From contig CAZBRS010000013.1 of the NCBI GenBank assembly GCA_964494475.1, positions 11,057 through 75,056 of the forward strand: a stretch of DNA of 64,000 nucleotides, in the 5' to 3' direction. Of this stretch, positions 27,033 through 36,041 are shown piece by piece. A model generated the notes under the pieces. It was given only the letters and a program-made list of their open reading frames with translations, searched no databases and was not told the origin of the DNA. This DNA comes from an uncultured Myxococcales bacterium. Its GTDB lineage: Bacteria; Myxococcota_A; UBA9042; CAZBRS01. The translations under genes were made by a program, and so were the position numbers. The stretch's first letter is position 1. The number at the start of each line of letters is the position of its first letter.

Positions 27033-28560
27033 GGCGAGCCTCCGTCCGTCGAGCCGCCAGGATGCCCTCGGCCGCCATGCGGCCCGACACGATGCAGGGC
27101 TCGAACCCGCCGCCAGGCTGGACCCAGGCGCCCGCCAGCCACAGCCCGCCCACGGGGCTGCGGGCCCCGTGCCGGAGCGCGGTCGACGACCAGGGGGGTT
27201 GGTCGAAGCCGTAGATGCTGCCCCCGGGGTTGGCCGCGAAGCGCATGTTCGTGAGCGGCGTCGACACCTCGAGCGTCTCGGTCGCGTCGCGGAGGCCCGG
27301 CACGACCCGCTCGGCCAGGTCGAGCAGGCGGTCGGCCAGGCGCTGCTTGGTCGCGTGGTAGCGCTCGGGCGCCAGCCCCAGCCAGGGCTCGCCCCGCGAC
27401 AGCGCCGTGAGCACCACCATGGAGGTGCCGGGGGGCGAGATGGCGGGCCACACGGCGTTGTAGCACGTGATGGCGGCGCAGGGGGGCGCCTCGAGCGTCG
27501 ACGTCGCGGCGTGGTGGGCCTCCTGGTCGAAGCTCTCGTTCACGAAGGTCTCGTGGTCGGTGAAGCCGTCGGCCACCAGGTCGCGGTTCACGCCCAGGTA
27601 CACGTTGACCGTCGAGGGGCCCACGGTCTCGCGCTTCAAGCGCTTCAACCACGCCTCGGGCGCGGCACCGGGCCCCAGCAGGTCGACGGCGGTCGTGAGC
27701 GGGCTGGCGTTCGACAGCACGACGGGAGCCGCGTAGCGTGCGTCGCCCTCGACCTCGACGCCCGTGACGCGGCCCGCCGACGTGACGATGCGCGTGACGG
27801 GCGTGTTGAACAGCGCCTCGCCGCCGTGGCGCTCGAAGGCCGCCAGGAAGGCGTTCGACAACGCCTGCGAGCGCCCGCGCACGTAGGTGGCGCCGTAGCG
27901 GATGTAGGTGGCGAGCGCGATGGCGAAGTACAAGAAGGCCATGCGTGAGGGGGGCAGCCCGAAGTAGCCCCAGTACTGGCTGAGCACGGCCCGCGCCGCC
28001 TCGCCCTTCACGTCGCGCTCGAGCACCTGGCCCCACGTGACGGGCAGGTAGCGCGCGGCGTTCGGAAAGCGGAAGGGCGCCGCGGCCACGTCGCGCCAGC
28101 CGAAGCGCCCCGACGCGAACGTCTTCTCGAGCTCGACCGTGTCGTGGGCCAGCGCGAACACGCGCCCCAGGAAGCGCCGGATGCCCTCGGCGTCGGCCGG
28201 GAACGCGTCGCAGAGCGTGGCCTCGTACGCCTCGCGTCCCACGGGTAGCCGCAGGTCGACCCCGGGGAACACGCTGCGGTACAGGTCCTTGACCGGGGCG
28301 AACTCGAGGCCCTGGGCCACGCCGAGCCGCTGCAGGTACTCGATGTTGCCGGTGGGCTCGCCCTCCTTGCCCATGCCCGACAGCTCGTGCAGCGCCACCT
28401 CGAACTCGAAGCGCCCGCGCACGAAGCTGGTGGCGTACCCCCCGGGCACGTTGTGCCGCTCGAGCAGCAGCACGCGCAACCCCTCGAGCGCCAAGCGGGT
28501 GGCCGCGGACAGGCCGCCGAGCCCGGCGCCGATGACGATGACGTCGTAGCGCTTCGGCAT
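27025..28560 (-). CDS. FAD-dependent oxidoreductase, phytoene-desaturase (CrtI) family
   Basis: The internal ATG (MPKRYDVIVIGAGLGGLSAATRLA...) of the 27025..29562 ORF is the likely start. The Rossmann dinucleotide fingerprint is GxGxxG followed by LLERHNVPGGYATSF. The ~510-aa length fits amine-oxidase/CrtI-like proteins. The upstream part of the ORF track entry is antisense to the next gene and rejected. Confidence 0.7.
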   Translation of the reverse strand: MPKRYDVIVIGAGLGGLSAATRLALEGLRVLLLERHNVPGGYATSFVRGRFEFEVALHELSGMGKEGEPTGNIEYLQRLGVAQGLEFAPVKDLYRSVFPGVDLRLPVGREAYEATLCDAFPADAEGIRRFLGRVFALAHDTVELEKTFASGRFGWRDVAAAPFRFPNAARYLPVTWGQVLERDVKGEAARAVLSQYWGYFGLPPSRMAFLYFAIALATYIRYGATYVRGRSQALSNAFLAAFERHGGEALFNTPVTRIVTSAGRVTGVEVEGDARYAAPVVLSNASPLTTAVDLLGPGAAPEAWLKRLKRETVGPSTVNVYLGVNRDLVADGFTDHETFVNESFDQEAHHAATSTLEAPPCAAITCYNAVWPAISPPGTSMVVLTALSRGEPWLGLAPERYHATKQRLADRLLDLAERVVPGLRDATETLEVSTPLTNMRFAANPGGSIYGFDQPPWSSTALRHGARSPVGGLWLAGAWVQPGGGFEPCIVSGRMAAEGILAARRTEARHA

Positions 28561-28613
28561 GCGGATCGTCTCCCTGAGTCGTGTCCTGAGGGTACCGGCG
28601 GGGCGCGGCCGTG

Positions 28614-29981
28614 TCAACGCGCCGACCGCGTCGCCAGCCGGCTCACGATCTGGTTCTGCCCGCGCGTCGTGACGGGCATCTCGAAGCCCTTCAGGCGATT
28701 GAGGCGCTTCACGAAGATGCGGTACGTGAGGTTGCCCACGAACGCGATGGGGAAGTTCGACCCGGCCGCCACGGCGCGCTTCCAGATGTTGCCCATCTTG
28801 AAGGTCTCGCGGTAGGCGTGGCGGAAGCCCTCGTAGAGCTCGACGGGCGTCATCTTCGCGGGGCGGAAGACCACGTGCATGGTGTCGTAGTCGCCCCAGT
28901 CGTAGCTGAGGATGCGCTGCTCCTCCTCGAGCCGCTGGAACAGGCGCGTGCCGGGGTAGGGCGTGTAGATGGAGTAGCGGGGGATGGAGATCTTGAGCTC
29001 GTGGATGCGGTCCACGGTCGCCTGGAACACATCGCGGTCGTCGTGGTCGAAGCCGAACACGAAGGTGCCCTGCACCACGATGCCGGCCTTCTGCAGCCGG
29101 CGCACCACCTCGGGGTACTGGTCGGCCTTGTTGAAGCCCTTGGCGATGCCCGTGAGGTTCGGCTGCTGCACCGACTCGAAGCCGATCAGCAGGAACTGGC
29201 AGCCGGCCTTCACGAGCAGGTCGAACAGCTCGGGGTCGTCCGTGATCTGCACCGTGGCCAGCGCTCCCCACTTCTTCTTCAAGGGGATCATGGCGGTGAG
29301 AAGCTCTTTCGCGTACTCGACGTCCTCGAACGGGCTGACGTCGCTGACGGCGAAGCGCCTGGAGGGGAGGGCCTCGATGTCGCGGATGACATCGGCCACG
29401 GGGCGCTTCTGGAAGCGCTTCCAGATGACGGGCACCATGCAGAAGTCGCAGAGGTGCGTGCAGCCGCGCGTGAACTGCACGGTGTAGGGCATCATGTAGC
29501 CGCTCTTGCGGTGCAGTTCCCAGCGTGGGGTGGGCAGGTTCGGGGCCACGTCGGAGTCCCACTCCTCTTCGCGGTACTCGGCCTGCAACTGCCCGGCGCG
29601 GAGGTCGGCGAGGAGCTTGGGCCAGGTGCGCTCGGCCATGCCGATGACCACGCAGTCGGCGAAGGCGCGCGCCTCGTCGGGCATGGCCGTCACGTGCACG
29701 CCCCCCAGCACCACGGGGATGCCCTTGGAGCGGTAGTGGTCGGCCAACGCGTAGGCTCGGCGGGCCGTGCCGGTGATCACGCTGATGCCCACCAGATCGG
29801 GGCGCGCGTCGAGGGGTACCTTGTCGACGCTCTCGTCGACCAGCGTGTACTCGAGGTCGGGGTCGGGCGCCAGGGCCGCGAGGGTGGCGATCGAGAGCGG
29901 CACCTCGCGGAACGAGCGCACGCGCGAGCCGATGATCAGCTTGTGCATGGCCGCGTCGGGCATGATGAGCAGGATCTTCAT
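28614..29981 (-). CDS. Cobalamin-binding (class B) radical SAM enzyme (paralog of 22746-24089)
   Basis: The B12-binding region includes MKILLIMPDAAMH...DLVGISVITGTARRAYALADHYRSKGIPVVLGGVHVT. The SAM-cluster motif is RGCTHLCDFC. It is colinear with the 22746-24089 protein over its full length. Confidence 0.85.
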   Translation of the reverse strand: MKILLIMPDAAMHKLIIGSRVRSFREVPLSIATLAALAPDPDLEYTLVDESVDKVPLDARPDLVGISVITGTARRAYALADHYRSKGIPVVLGGVHVTAMPDEARAFADCVVIGMAERTWPKLLADLRAGQLQAEYREEEWDSDVAPNLPTPRWELHRKSGYMMPYTVQFTRGCTHLCDFCMVPVIWKRFQKRPVADVIRDIEALPSRRFAVSDVSPFEDVEYAKELLTAMIPLKKKWGALATVQITDDPELFDLLVKAGCQFLLIGFESVQQPNLTGIAKGFNKADQYPEVVRRLQKAGIVVQGTFVFGFDHDDRDVFQATVDRIHELKISIPRYSIYTPYPGTRLFQRLEEEQRILSYDWGDYDTMHVVFRPAKMTPVELYEGFRHAYRETFKMGNIWKRAVAAGSNFPIAFVGNLTYRIFVKRLNRLKGFEMPVTTRGQNQIVSRLATRSAR

Positions 29982-30012
29982 CGGTCAGCTCCTCGCGGGT
30001 CGAGCGAGGATA

Positions 30013-30294
30013 CTACAGGTCGGCTCCGCAGAGGTAGTGCACCTGCAGCGACACGGGCACGCCGGGCATCACCTGTTCGTCGGTGTCGCAGTCGATCGAG
30101 AACTCGGTCCACGCCAGCCCGCCCTGCTGGTCGCAGGCCTTGGTGGCCAGGGCGCGGGCCTTCTCGCGGGCCTCGACGCAGGTCGGGCCCGAGGCCTCGT
30201 CTTGCCGGGGCCCGCCGCCGCCGAAGGCCGGACCGCACCAGCACGAGACACCGACGGCCGATGCCACCGCCAGGAGCAAAGTTGCTCGTCGCAT
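30013..30294 (-). CDS. Small secreted cysteine-containing protein (~93 aa)
   Basis: The internal ATG (MRRATLLLAVASAVGVSCWCG...) has a signal peptide. The remaining cysteines look paired. There is no homology clue, so the call is low-confidence. Confidence 0.4.
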   Translation of the reverse strand: MRRATLLLAVASAVGVSCWCGPAFGGGGPRQDEASGPTCVEAREKARALATKACDQQGGLAWTEFSIDCDTDEQVMPGVPVSLQVHYLCGADL

Positions 30295-30371
30295 CGCGGC
30301 CTCGACAGGATTTTCCACTGCCACCAGCGTAACGCGGTTGGCGGCGCGATGCAAATGGGAGGGCAGAGCGG

Positions 30372-30806
30372 TCAGCGGGCGAGCACGCGCGCGAGGATGT
30401 GGGCGTGGTCGAAGGCGAGGGCCGGCAGCGCCCCCACGGGGAACCAGGCGGCCTTGGCGGCGTCGTCGCCCGCGATGGGCATCACGCGTTCGCCGTCGAC
30501 GAAGCACGAGTAGACGATCGAGACCGTCCGCCCGCGCGGATCGCGCCCGGGTTTGCCGAAGGCGCCCACCTCGTGCAGGTGACCCGCCACCACGCCGGTC
30601 TCCTCGAGGAGCTCGCGACGCGCGGCGTCTTCGAGGTCTTCGCCGAGCTCGACGAAGCCGCCGGGGATGGCCCAGGCACCCCGGAAGGGTTCGTTGCGGC
30701 GCTCGACCAGCAGCACGTGCAGCCCAGAGGCGAAGCGCCCGAGCACGACCACGTCGGCGGCCACCGACATCTTCGGCGGCGTCCAGATGAAGCTCTCGTC
30801 GTTCAT
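30372..30806 (-). CDS. NUDIX hydrolase
   Basis: The Nudix box is GGFVELGEDLEDAARRELLEETG (Gx5Ex7REUxEExGU). Confidence 0.8.
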   Translation of the reverse strand: MNDESFIWTPPKMSVAADVVVLGRFASGLHVLLVERRNEPFRGAWAIPGGFVELGEDLEDAARRELLEETGVVAGHLHEVGAFGKPGRDPRGRTVSIVYSCFVDGERVMPIAGDDAAKAAWFPVGALPALAFDHAHILARVLAR

Positions 30807-30810
30807 GGCG

Positions 30811-32610
30811 TCACCGTATCGTGTAGACGAGCGTGGGCCGTTCCATGACGCGCCCGATCCAGTAGGCGAACCGGAAGTCGACGCCGGGGAGGAGCCGCGA
30901 GCCGTCGCCCCCGCCGTTCGGCACGTAGGGGTTCGAGCGCCAATGGTAGTTCGAGGGCGGCAGGTGGTTCATGAGGAAGGGCTCCTTCGTGATGAGGTCG
31001 TCGTTGCGACCCACGCACCCCATCGCCGTCCAAGCGCTGCCGTCGTCGGCCTCGCAGGCGGTGGGGCCCTCGACGAAGGGCTCGGCCGAGCAATCCCAGC
31101 CCGGGCAGTTCTGGACCTTCACGTCCCAGTAGGGGGCCTCGGGGAACCAGCCGAGCGTTTGCAATCCGCGCGCCACGGCCGCGTCGGCCTTCGCCACGTC
31201 GGCGGCCAGCGCGCCCGTGGTGGCGAGCACCGCGCTCGCGCCGAACAGCCCCTCGGCGTAGACGAAGTCGTAGAGCGAGTACTGGAAGTCGGCGGGCTGC
31301 CGGTCCTTGCCGGGGCGATCGTACATCTGGGTCTCGACGGCGTCGACCAACTGGGCGCGCACGAGCGGGTCGTCGAGGTAGCGCAGCGCGAGCCACGCGC
31401 CCATGAAGGCCATGTTGTAGTTCGAATAGTTCGAGATCGCGCCGGCGTCGAGCAACCGGAAGACTTCGTCGGTCACGATGTCGTGCAGCTTGCGCTCGCC
31501 GAGGAGGGAATCGTACAGCCAGGCCTTCAGTTCGGGGTCGTCGGTCACGAAGACCCAGCCCGCGACGCACCCGAGGGCCATGATGGCGTGGAAGCCGTTG
31601 CGGATGCTCGGCGAGTAGACCTTGCCGTCGAGGTTGTGCTCGTTCAACCAGCCGTGGAAGGTGGTGCGTCCGTCGGCGTCGGGGACCTCGAGGTCGTAGC
31701 CGCTGGCCCGGACCACCATGAGTTGGCGTGCCACGGCCAGCGCGTCGGCCTGCAGGCGCGCCTTCGCGTCGACGGAGAAGGCGGGGTCGTCGCGGATGGC
31801 CTCCCAGGCGGCGGCATAGCCGGCGACCCAGCCGATGTACATGTCGCGGCTGACGGAGTCTTCCCACACGAGGTTCGGGTAGGCTTGGTCGGCCGAGAAG
31901 TCGGCGCGCCACGTGCCGTTGCTCTTCTCGAGGGGCAGCGCGTGTCCTTCGGCGTCGAAGAGGGGCACGGGCGTCACCGAGGGCCCGTCGCCAGGCCGAT
32001 CGACGCGGGCCAGGCCGCGGGCGATGACGCCCGGCGCGCCGGTGATGGCGACCGCCGCGTGCAGGCCGTCGAGCGTGGCCGAGAGCGCCGCCCGGGCTCG
32101 CTCGATCTCGTCGGAGGGGGCCGCCTGATCGCGCAGCACCAGGTAGCGGTACGCATCGGCGGCCGCGCCGACGCCGGCGTAGAGGCCCGCCACCTTGGCC
32201 TGGTGGGTGACGACCTCGGAGGCGGCCTTGCCCGCGTGGGCCGCGAAGTCGTGCGCGGCGTCGTCGGCCAGGAAGGCCTCGACCAGCGCGCGGTCGCCGG
32301 CGTCGGAGATGCCCACGTCGGTGTTCAGACCCATGGCCTCGGCGCTGAAGGCGCGGAAGGCGCGTTCGAGGCGGGAAGCCTTGGCGTCGAGCGCGGCGTC
32401 GTAGCCCTCCTGGCCGGGGCCCGGGACCACGGTGGTGGGGAGCGGCGCCGCGTCGGCGTCGGCTTCACCGTCGGAGCCGTCGGCCGTGTCGGCGGTGTCG
32501 AGCGCGTCGACGCTGTCGGACCCGCTGGGGGTGTCGCTCACCTCGGCCCCCGAGCCGGACGAACCGCAAGCGACCACGAACAGCAAGGGAACCAGGAAGA
32601 AGCTACGCAT
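30811..32610 (-). CDS. Lipoprotein, function unknown (acidic N-terminal linker, ~500-aa globular domain)
   Basis: The N-terminus MRSFFLVPLLFVVACGSSGSG carries a lipobox, followed by a D/S/A-rich linker. The W/Y-rich domain includes NCPGWDCSAEPF. It is coupled 5 nt downstream to the NUDIX gene. Confidence 0.6.
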   Translation of the reverse strand: MRSFFLVPLLFVVACGSSGSGAEVSDTPSGSDSVDALDTADTADGSDGEADADAAPLPTTVVPGPGQEGYDAALDAKASRLERAFRAFSAEAMGLNTDVGISDAGDRALVEAFLADDAAHDFAAHAGKAASEVVTHQAKVAGLYAGVGAAADAYRYLVLRDQAAPSDEIERARAALSATLDGLHAAVAITGAPGVIARGLARVDRPGDGPSVTPVPLFDAEGHALPLEKSNGTWRADFSADQAYPNLVWEDSVSRDMYIGWVAGYAAAWEAIRDDPAFSVDAKARLQADALAVARQLMVVRASGYDLEVPDADGRTTFHGWLNEHNLDGKVYSPSIRNGFHAIMALGCVAGWVFVTDDPELKAWLYDSLLGERKLHDIVTDEVFRLLDAGAISNYSNYNMAFMGAWLALRYLDDPLVRAQLVDAVETQMYDRPGKDRQPADFQYSLYDFVYAEGLFGASAVLATTGALAADVAKADAAVARGLQTLGWFPEAPYWDVKVQNCPGWDCSAEPFVEGPTACEADDGSAWTAMGCVGRNDDLITKEPFLMNHLPPSNYHWRSNPYVPNGGGDGSRLLPGVDFRFAYWIGRVMERPTLVYTIR

Positions 32611-32619
32611 GGTCGGGCC

Positions 32620-33519
32620 TCAATATGTCTTGCCGATGCGCGTGGCGACGTTCTTCAGGAGCTCGAGGTCTTCCTCGATGAAGGCCTGGTGGTTGTCGGC
32701 GAACGAGTCGAGGTACAGGAGCGCGGCCAACGCGCCCGCGGAGCCCATCACCGGGACGACGGCGACCGAGCCCAGGGGGTCGGTCACGCCGGCCTCGCGC
32801 GGCAGCGAGTTCAGGATGATGGGCTTGCCCCGCTTGTAGACGGCCGAGATCGCGGTCACGGCCGGCCTGGCGCGTCGGCGCTCGGCCGAGAGGCCCGCCA
32901 CGTACGAGGTGGAGACGGGCAGCGCCTTGCCGTCGGGCGTGATCTGCAGCACGAACGCGCGATCGGGGGCGAGGTACTCGGCCAGGCCGGCGAGGGCCTT
33001 GTCGTACACGGCCTTGGGGTTGTCCTTCCGCGTGGTCAGGCGATCGAGCTCGAACAGGAACATGGTGCGGTTGAGGTCCCGCTGCTCCTCGTTCTTGTCG
33101 AGGTCGATGGAGAGCCCATCGAGGCCATCGGAGACCGCGGTGCGCATGGAGATGTCGACGGCGCGGGTCTCGCTGCCCACGATGCCGCGGTCGGCGATCT
33201 TTCGGCCCAGCGCCTGATCCTGCACGTTGGCCTGGTCGTGGATGACCTCGAGCTCGGTGTTGCCGATCGTGAGGCGGTCGCCCACGTCGATGGTGGCCTG
33301 GCTGACCTGGGCGCCGTTCACGAACACGCCGTTGGAGCTGTTCAGGTCCTGCAGGCTGTAGCCGTTGCCCGCCCAGCGGATGAGCGCGTGGCGCCGCGAG
33401 ACCTTGTCGTCGATGATCTGAACGGGGTTTCCCACGTCGCGGCCGATGGTGAGCGTGCGCTGTCCGAGGCGGAACACGGCCCCCTCGTTATAGCCCTTGC
33501 GGATGATCAGCATCGCCAT
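32620..33519 (-). CDS. FHA domain - GAF domain protein
   Basis: The N-terminal FHA domain is TLTIGRDVGNPVQIIDDKVSRRHALIRWAGNGYSLQDLNSSNGVFVNG. The C-terminal GAF-like fold is ...AVVPVMGSAGALAALLYLDSF... Confidence 0.75.
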   Translation of the reverse strand: MAMLIIRKGYNEGAVFRLGQRTLTIGRDVGNPVQIIDDKVSRRHALIRWAGNGYSLQDLNSSNGVFVNGAQVSQATIDVGDRLTIGNTELEVIHDQANVQDQALGRKIADRGIVGSETRAVDISMRTAVSDGLDGLSIDLDKNEEQRDLNRTMFLFELDRLTTRKDNPKAVYDKALAGLAEYLAPDRAFVLQITPDGKALPVSTSYVAGLSAERRRARPAVTAISAVYKRGKPIILNSLPREAGVTDPLGSVAVVPVMGSAGALAALLYLDSFADNHQAFIEEDLELLKNVATRIGKTY

Positions 33520-33590
33520 GCGGGACCCTCAATGTCGTCGATAGGTGCCGCGCCATCATAGACGACGGGGTCGCCAGCTGACAACGGCGA

Positions 33591-33620
33591 TTGACGCGAC
33601 GGGCCGCGATCGTCTAGGAT
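33591..33620 (+). promoter_or_regulatory. Putative sigma70-type promoter for pyrG (TTGACG-N18-TAGGAT)
   Basis: TTGACG sits at 33591-33596 and TAGGAT at 33615-33620, immediately upstream of the pyrG ORF. This is sequence-pattern evidence only. Confidence 0.4.
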
Positions 33621-33629
33621 GAGGCCCCG

Positions 33630-35303
33630 ATGGCGGCCATTCGGCCGGGCTTCCCGATGGCGAGGAAAATGCGACCCCTTGAGCACACCAAGCTGATCTT
33701 CGTTACCGGCGGCGTCATCTCCGGCCTCGGGAAGGGCATCACGGCGGCATCGCTCGGCGCGCTGCTCGAGAGCCGCGGGCTCCGCGTGACGCTCGTCAAG
33801 ATGGACCCCTACATCAACGTAGACCCCGGCACGATGAACCCCTACCAGCACGGCGAGGTCTACGTCACCGAAGACGGCGCGGAGACCGACCTCGACCTCG
33901 GCCACTACGAGCGCTTCACGTCGTGCGTCATCACGCGCGCCAACAACTTCACGACCGGTCAGGTCTACGACTCCATCCTGGCCAAGGAGCGCAAGGGCGA
34001 GTTCCTCGGCAAGACGGTGCAGGTCATCCCGCACATCACGAACGCCATTCGCGAGCGCATCGTGGCGGGCGTCGGCAAGGCCGACATCGGCATCGTCGAG
34101 GTCGGGGGCACGGTGGGCGACATCGAGAGCCTGCCGTTCCTCGAGGCCATCCGCCAGATGAAGCTGCAGATGGGTCCGGCCAACGCCTTGAGCATCCACG
34201 TCACCCTCGTGCCCTACATCAAGGCCGCGGGCGAGCTGAAGTCCAAGCCCACGCAGCACAGCGTGCACAAGCTGCGCGAGATCGGCATCCAGCCCGATAT
34301 GATCGTGCTGCGCGCCGAGCGCGAGGTGCCGCTCGAGATGCGCGAGAAGATCTCGCTCTTCACGAATGTCCCCGTCGACTGCGTCGTCGAGTGCCGCGAT
34401 CTCGACTCGGTCTACCGCATCCCGCTCTACTTCCACGAGCAGGGCGTCGACCAGCGGGTGGTCGAGATGCTGCAGATCTGGTCGGCGCGCCCGCGCCTCG
34501 AGGCGTGGCAGCGCATCGTCCAGGCCCTCGACGCGGCCGACGAGAACCCGGTGACCATCGGCATCGCCGGAAAGTACGTCGAGCAGCAGGAGTCGTACAA
34601 GAGCCTGACCGAGGCCCTGATCCACGCGGGCATCGCGCACCGTGCCAAGGTGAACCTCGAGTACATCAACACCGAAGAGCTCGAGACGGCCGCCGACCCG
34701 TTCGCGGCGATCGGTCACGTCGACGGCGTGCTGGTGCCGGGCGGCTTCGGCAAGCGCGGCATCGAGGGCAAGATCCGCGCGGTGCAGTGCGCGCGCGAGC
34801 GGGGCATTCCGTACTTCGGCATCTGCCTCGGCATGCAGATCGCGTCGATCGAGTTCGCGCGCAACGTGTGCGGGCTCTCCGGAGCGAACTCCACCGAGTT
34901 CGACGAGCTCACGCCTCATCCGGTCATCGACCTCATGCGCGAGCAGCACGAGGTCACCGACCTGGGCGCCACCATGCGCCTGGGCGCCTACCCGCACGTG
35001 CTGAAGGCGGGCAGCCTGGCCGAGAGCCTCTACGGCGCCACCGAGATCTCCGAGCGCCACCGTCACCGCTACGAGTTCAACAACGGCTACCGCCAGCTCT
35101 TCCAGGAGAAGGGCCTGCGCTTCAGCGGCGAGTCTCCGGATCGCGGGCTCGTCGAGATCATCGAACTGCCCGGGCACCCGTGGTTCCTCGGGTGCCAGTT
35201 CCACCCCGAGTTCAAATCGAAGCCGACGGCGCCTCACCCGATCTTCGCCGGCTTCGTGAAGGCCGCGCTCGAGTACCGTGCGCGCGCCCGCCAGCCCCAC
35301 TGA
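33630..35303 (+). CDS. pyrG: CTP synthase
   Basis: The N-terminal synthetase domain is [21 protein letters not shown]. The C-terminal glutamine amidotransferase has a GICLGMQ nucleophile Cys and HPEF. The start may be at 33630, 33657 or 33669; homologs begin ~8 aa before IFVTGGV. Confidence 0.9.
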   Translation: MAAIRPGFPMARKMRPLEHTKLIFVTGGVISGLGKGITAASLGALLESRGLRVTLVKMDPYINVDPGTMNPYQHGEVYVTEDGAETDLDLGHYERFTSCVITRANNFTTGQVYDSILAKERKGEFLGKTVQVIPHITNAIRERIVAGVGKADIGIVEVGGTVGDIESLPFLEAIRQMKLQMGPANALSIHVTLVPYIKAAGELKSKPTQHSVHKLREIGIQPDMIVLRAEREVPLEMREKISLFTNVPVDCVVECRDLDSVYRIPLYFHEQGVDQRVVEMLQIWSARPRLEAWQRIVQALDAADENPVTIGIAGKYVEQQESYKSLTEALIHAGIAHRAKVNLEYINTEELETAADPFAAIGHVDGVLVPGGFGKRGIEGKIRAVQCARERGIPYFGICLGMQIASIEFARNVCGLSGANSTEFDELTPHPVIDLMREQHEVTDLGATMRLGAYPHVLKAGSLAESLYGATEISERHRHRYEFNNGYRQLFQEKGLRFSGESPDRGLVEIIELPGHPWFLGCQFHPEFKSKPTAPHPIFAGFVKAALEYRARARQPH

Positions 35304-35317
35304 CGAAGGAGACGCGC

Positions 35318-36022
35318 ATGGCCGAGCAAGAGCACGAACACGACGAGGAGCAGGATTTCTTCTTCTGGACCGTCGAGCCGCCCGTCCGCGAGGGCAAGGA
35401 GCTCGAGGCCGCCAACCTGACCCGGCAGCTCTCCGAGATCGCCGAGCGCACGGGCGACGACGATCCCACCCCCGAGGACGAGGAGCGCTTCGAGACCCTG
35501 CTCGGCGAATTGCACGCGTGCATGGCCGACAAGTGCGATCTCGCGGGCGCCAAGCGCATGAAGACGCGTCCCGACTTCGACGAGGTCGCCCGCCGGGTCT
35601 TCGACGAAGAGGTCGAGGAGAGCGATCTGTCGTTCGCCGAGTTCAAGGAGATGTTCGCCGAGCAGCCCGACTGCGAGAACTGCTCGTCGTTGCTGCCCTA
35701 TTCGCACGACGACGTCGACCCGTGCGAGACCACGCCCATGTTCATCCAGGAGCTCGTGCGCGACCCCGCGGTCATCGAGAAGGTGCAGTACGAGATGGAG
35801 CCCGCGGCCATGCTCGAGTTGGCCGACGATCTGCAGCGCGTGCTCGACAACAACGACTTCAGCGACCAGCGCCCCGAAGACGCGGGCGACGAGTTCGAGC
35901 CCCGCGAGTACCTGGTGGGCATGGTCCGCTTCCTGCGCACCTGGGCCGAGCGCGACTGCCGCCTTTCGCCGGCTTTCTTCGACGTGGGCTGCGACTGCGA
36001 CGACGAGGAGACCCCCGCGTAG
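35318..36022 (+). CDS. Acidic hypothetical protein with CxxC pairs
   Basis: GAAGGAG lies 8 nt upstream of the ATG, which is 14 nt after the pyrG stop. The protein is strongly acidic (MAEQEHEHDEEQDFFFW...). It has Cys pairs CENC and CDCD. No recognisable family. Confidence 0.6.
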   Translation: MAEQEHEHDEEQDFFFWTVEPPVREGKELEAANLTRQLSEIAERTGDDDPTPEDEERFETLLGELHACMADKCDLAGAKRMKTRPDFDEVARRVFDEEVEESDLSFAEFKEMFAEQPDCENCSSLLPYSHDDVDPCETTPMFIQELVRDPAVIEKVQYEMEPAAMLELADDLQRVLDNNDFSDQRPEDAGDEFEPREYLVGMVRFLRTWAERDCRLSPAFFDVGCDCDDEETPA

Positions 36023-36041
36023 GACACGACGCGTCGGGTCC
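36022..36041. terminator. Possible bidirectional hairpin between convergent stops (GGACACGACG/CGTCGGGTCC)
   Basis: A near-perfect 9-bp inverted repeat sits exactly between the stop at 36022 (+) and the stop at 36042 (-). It has no U-tract, so the call is weak. Confidence 0.3.

Noticed and set aside
28561-29562. Upstream 330 aa of ORF 27025..29562
   Set aside because: It is antisense to the B12-rSAM gene 28614-29981. The CrtI-like protein clearly starts at MPKRYDVIVIGAG.
17179-29981. Assignment of the rSAM cluster to a specific known pathway (hopanoid methylation, tetraether lipid ring synthesis, ladderane, carotenoid)
   Set aside because: None of the hallmark partner genes is present. There is no squalene-hopene cyclase, phytoene synthase or tetraether synthase, and no FAS/ACP set. 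Any such assignment would be speculation.
28611-33561. Plus-strand ORFs 28611..30332 and 30667..33561
   Set aside because: They are antisense to the rSAM, NUDIX, lipoprotein and FHA-GAF genes, with junk composition.
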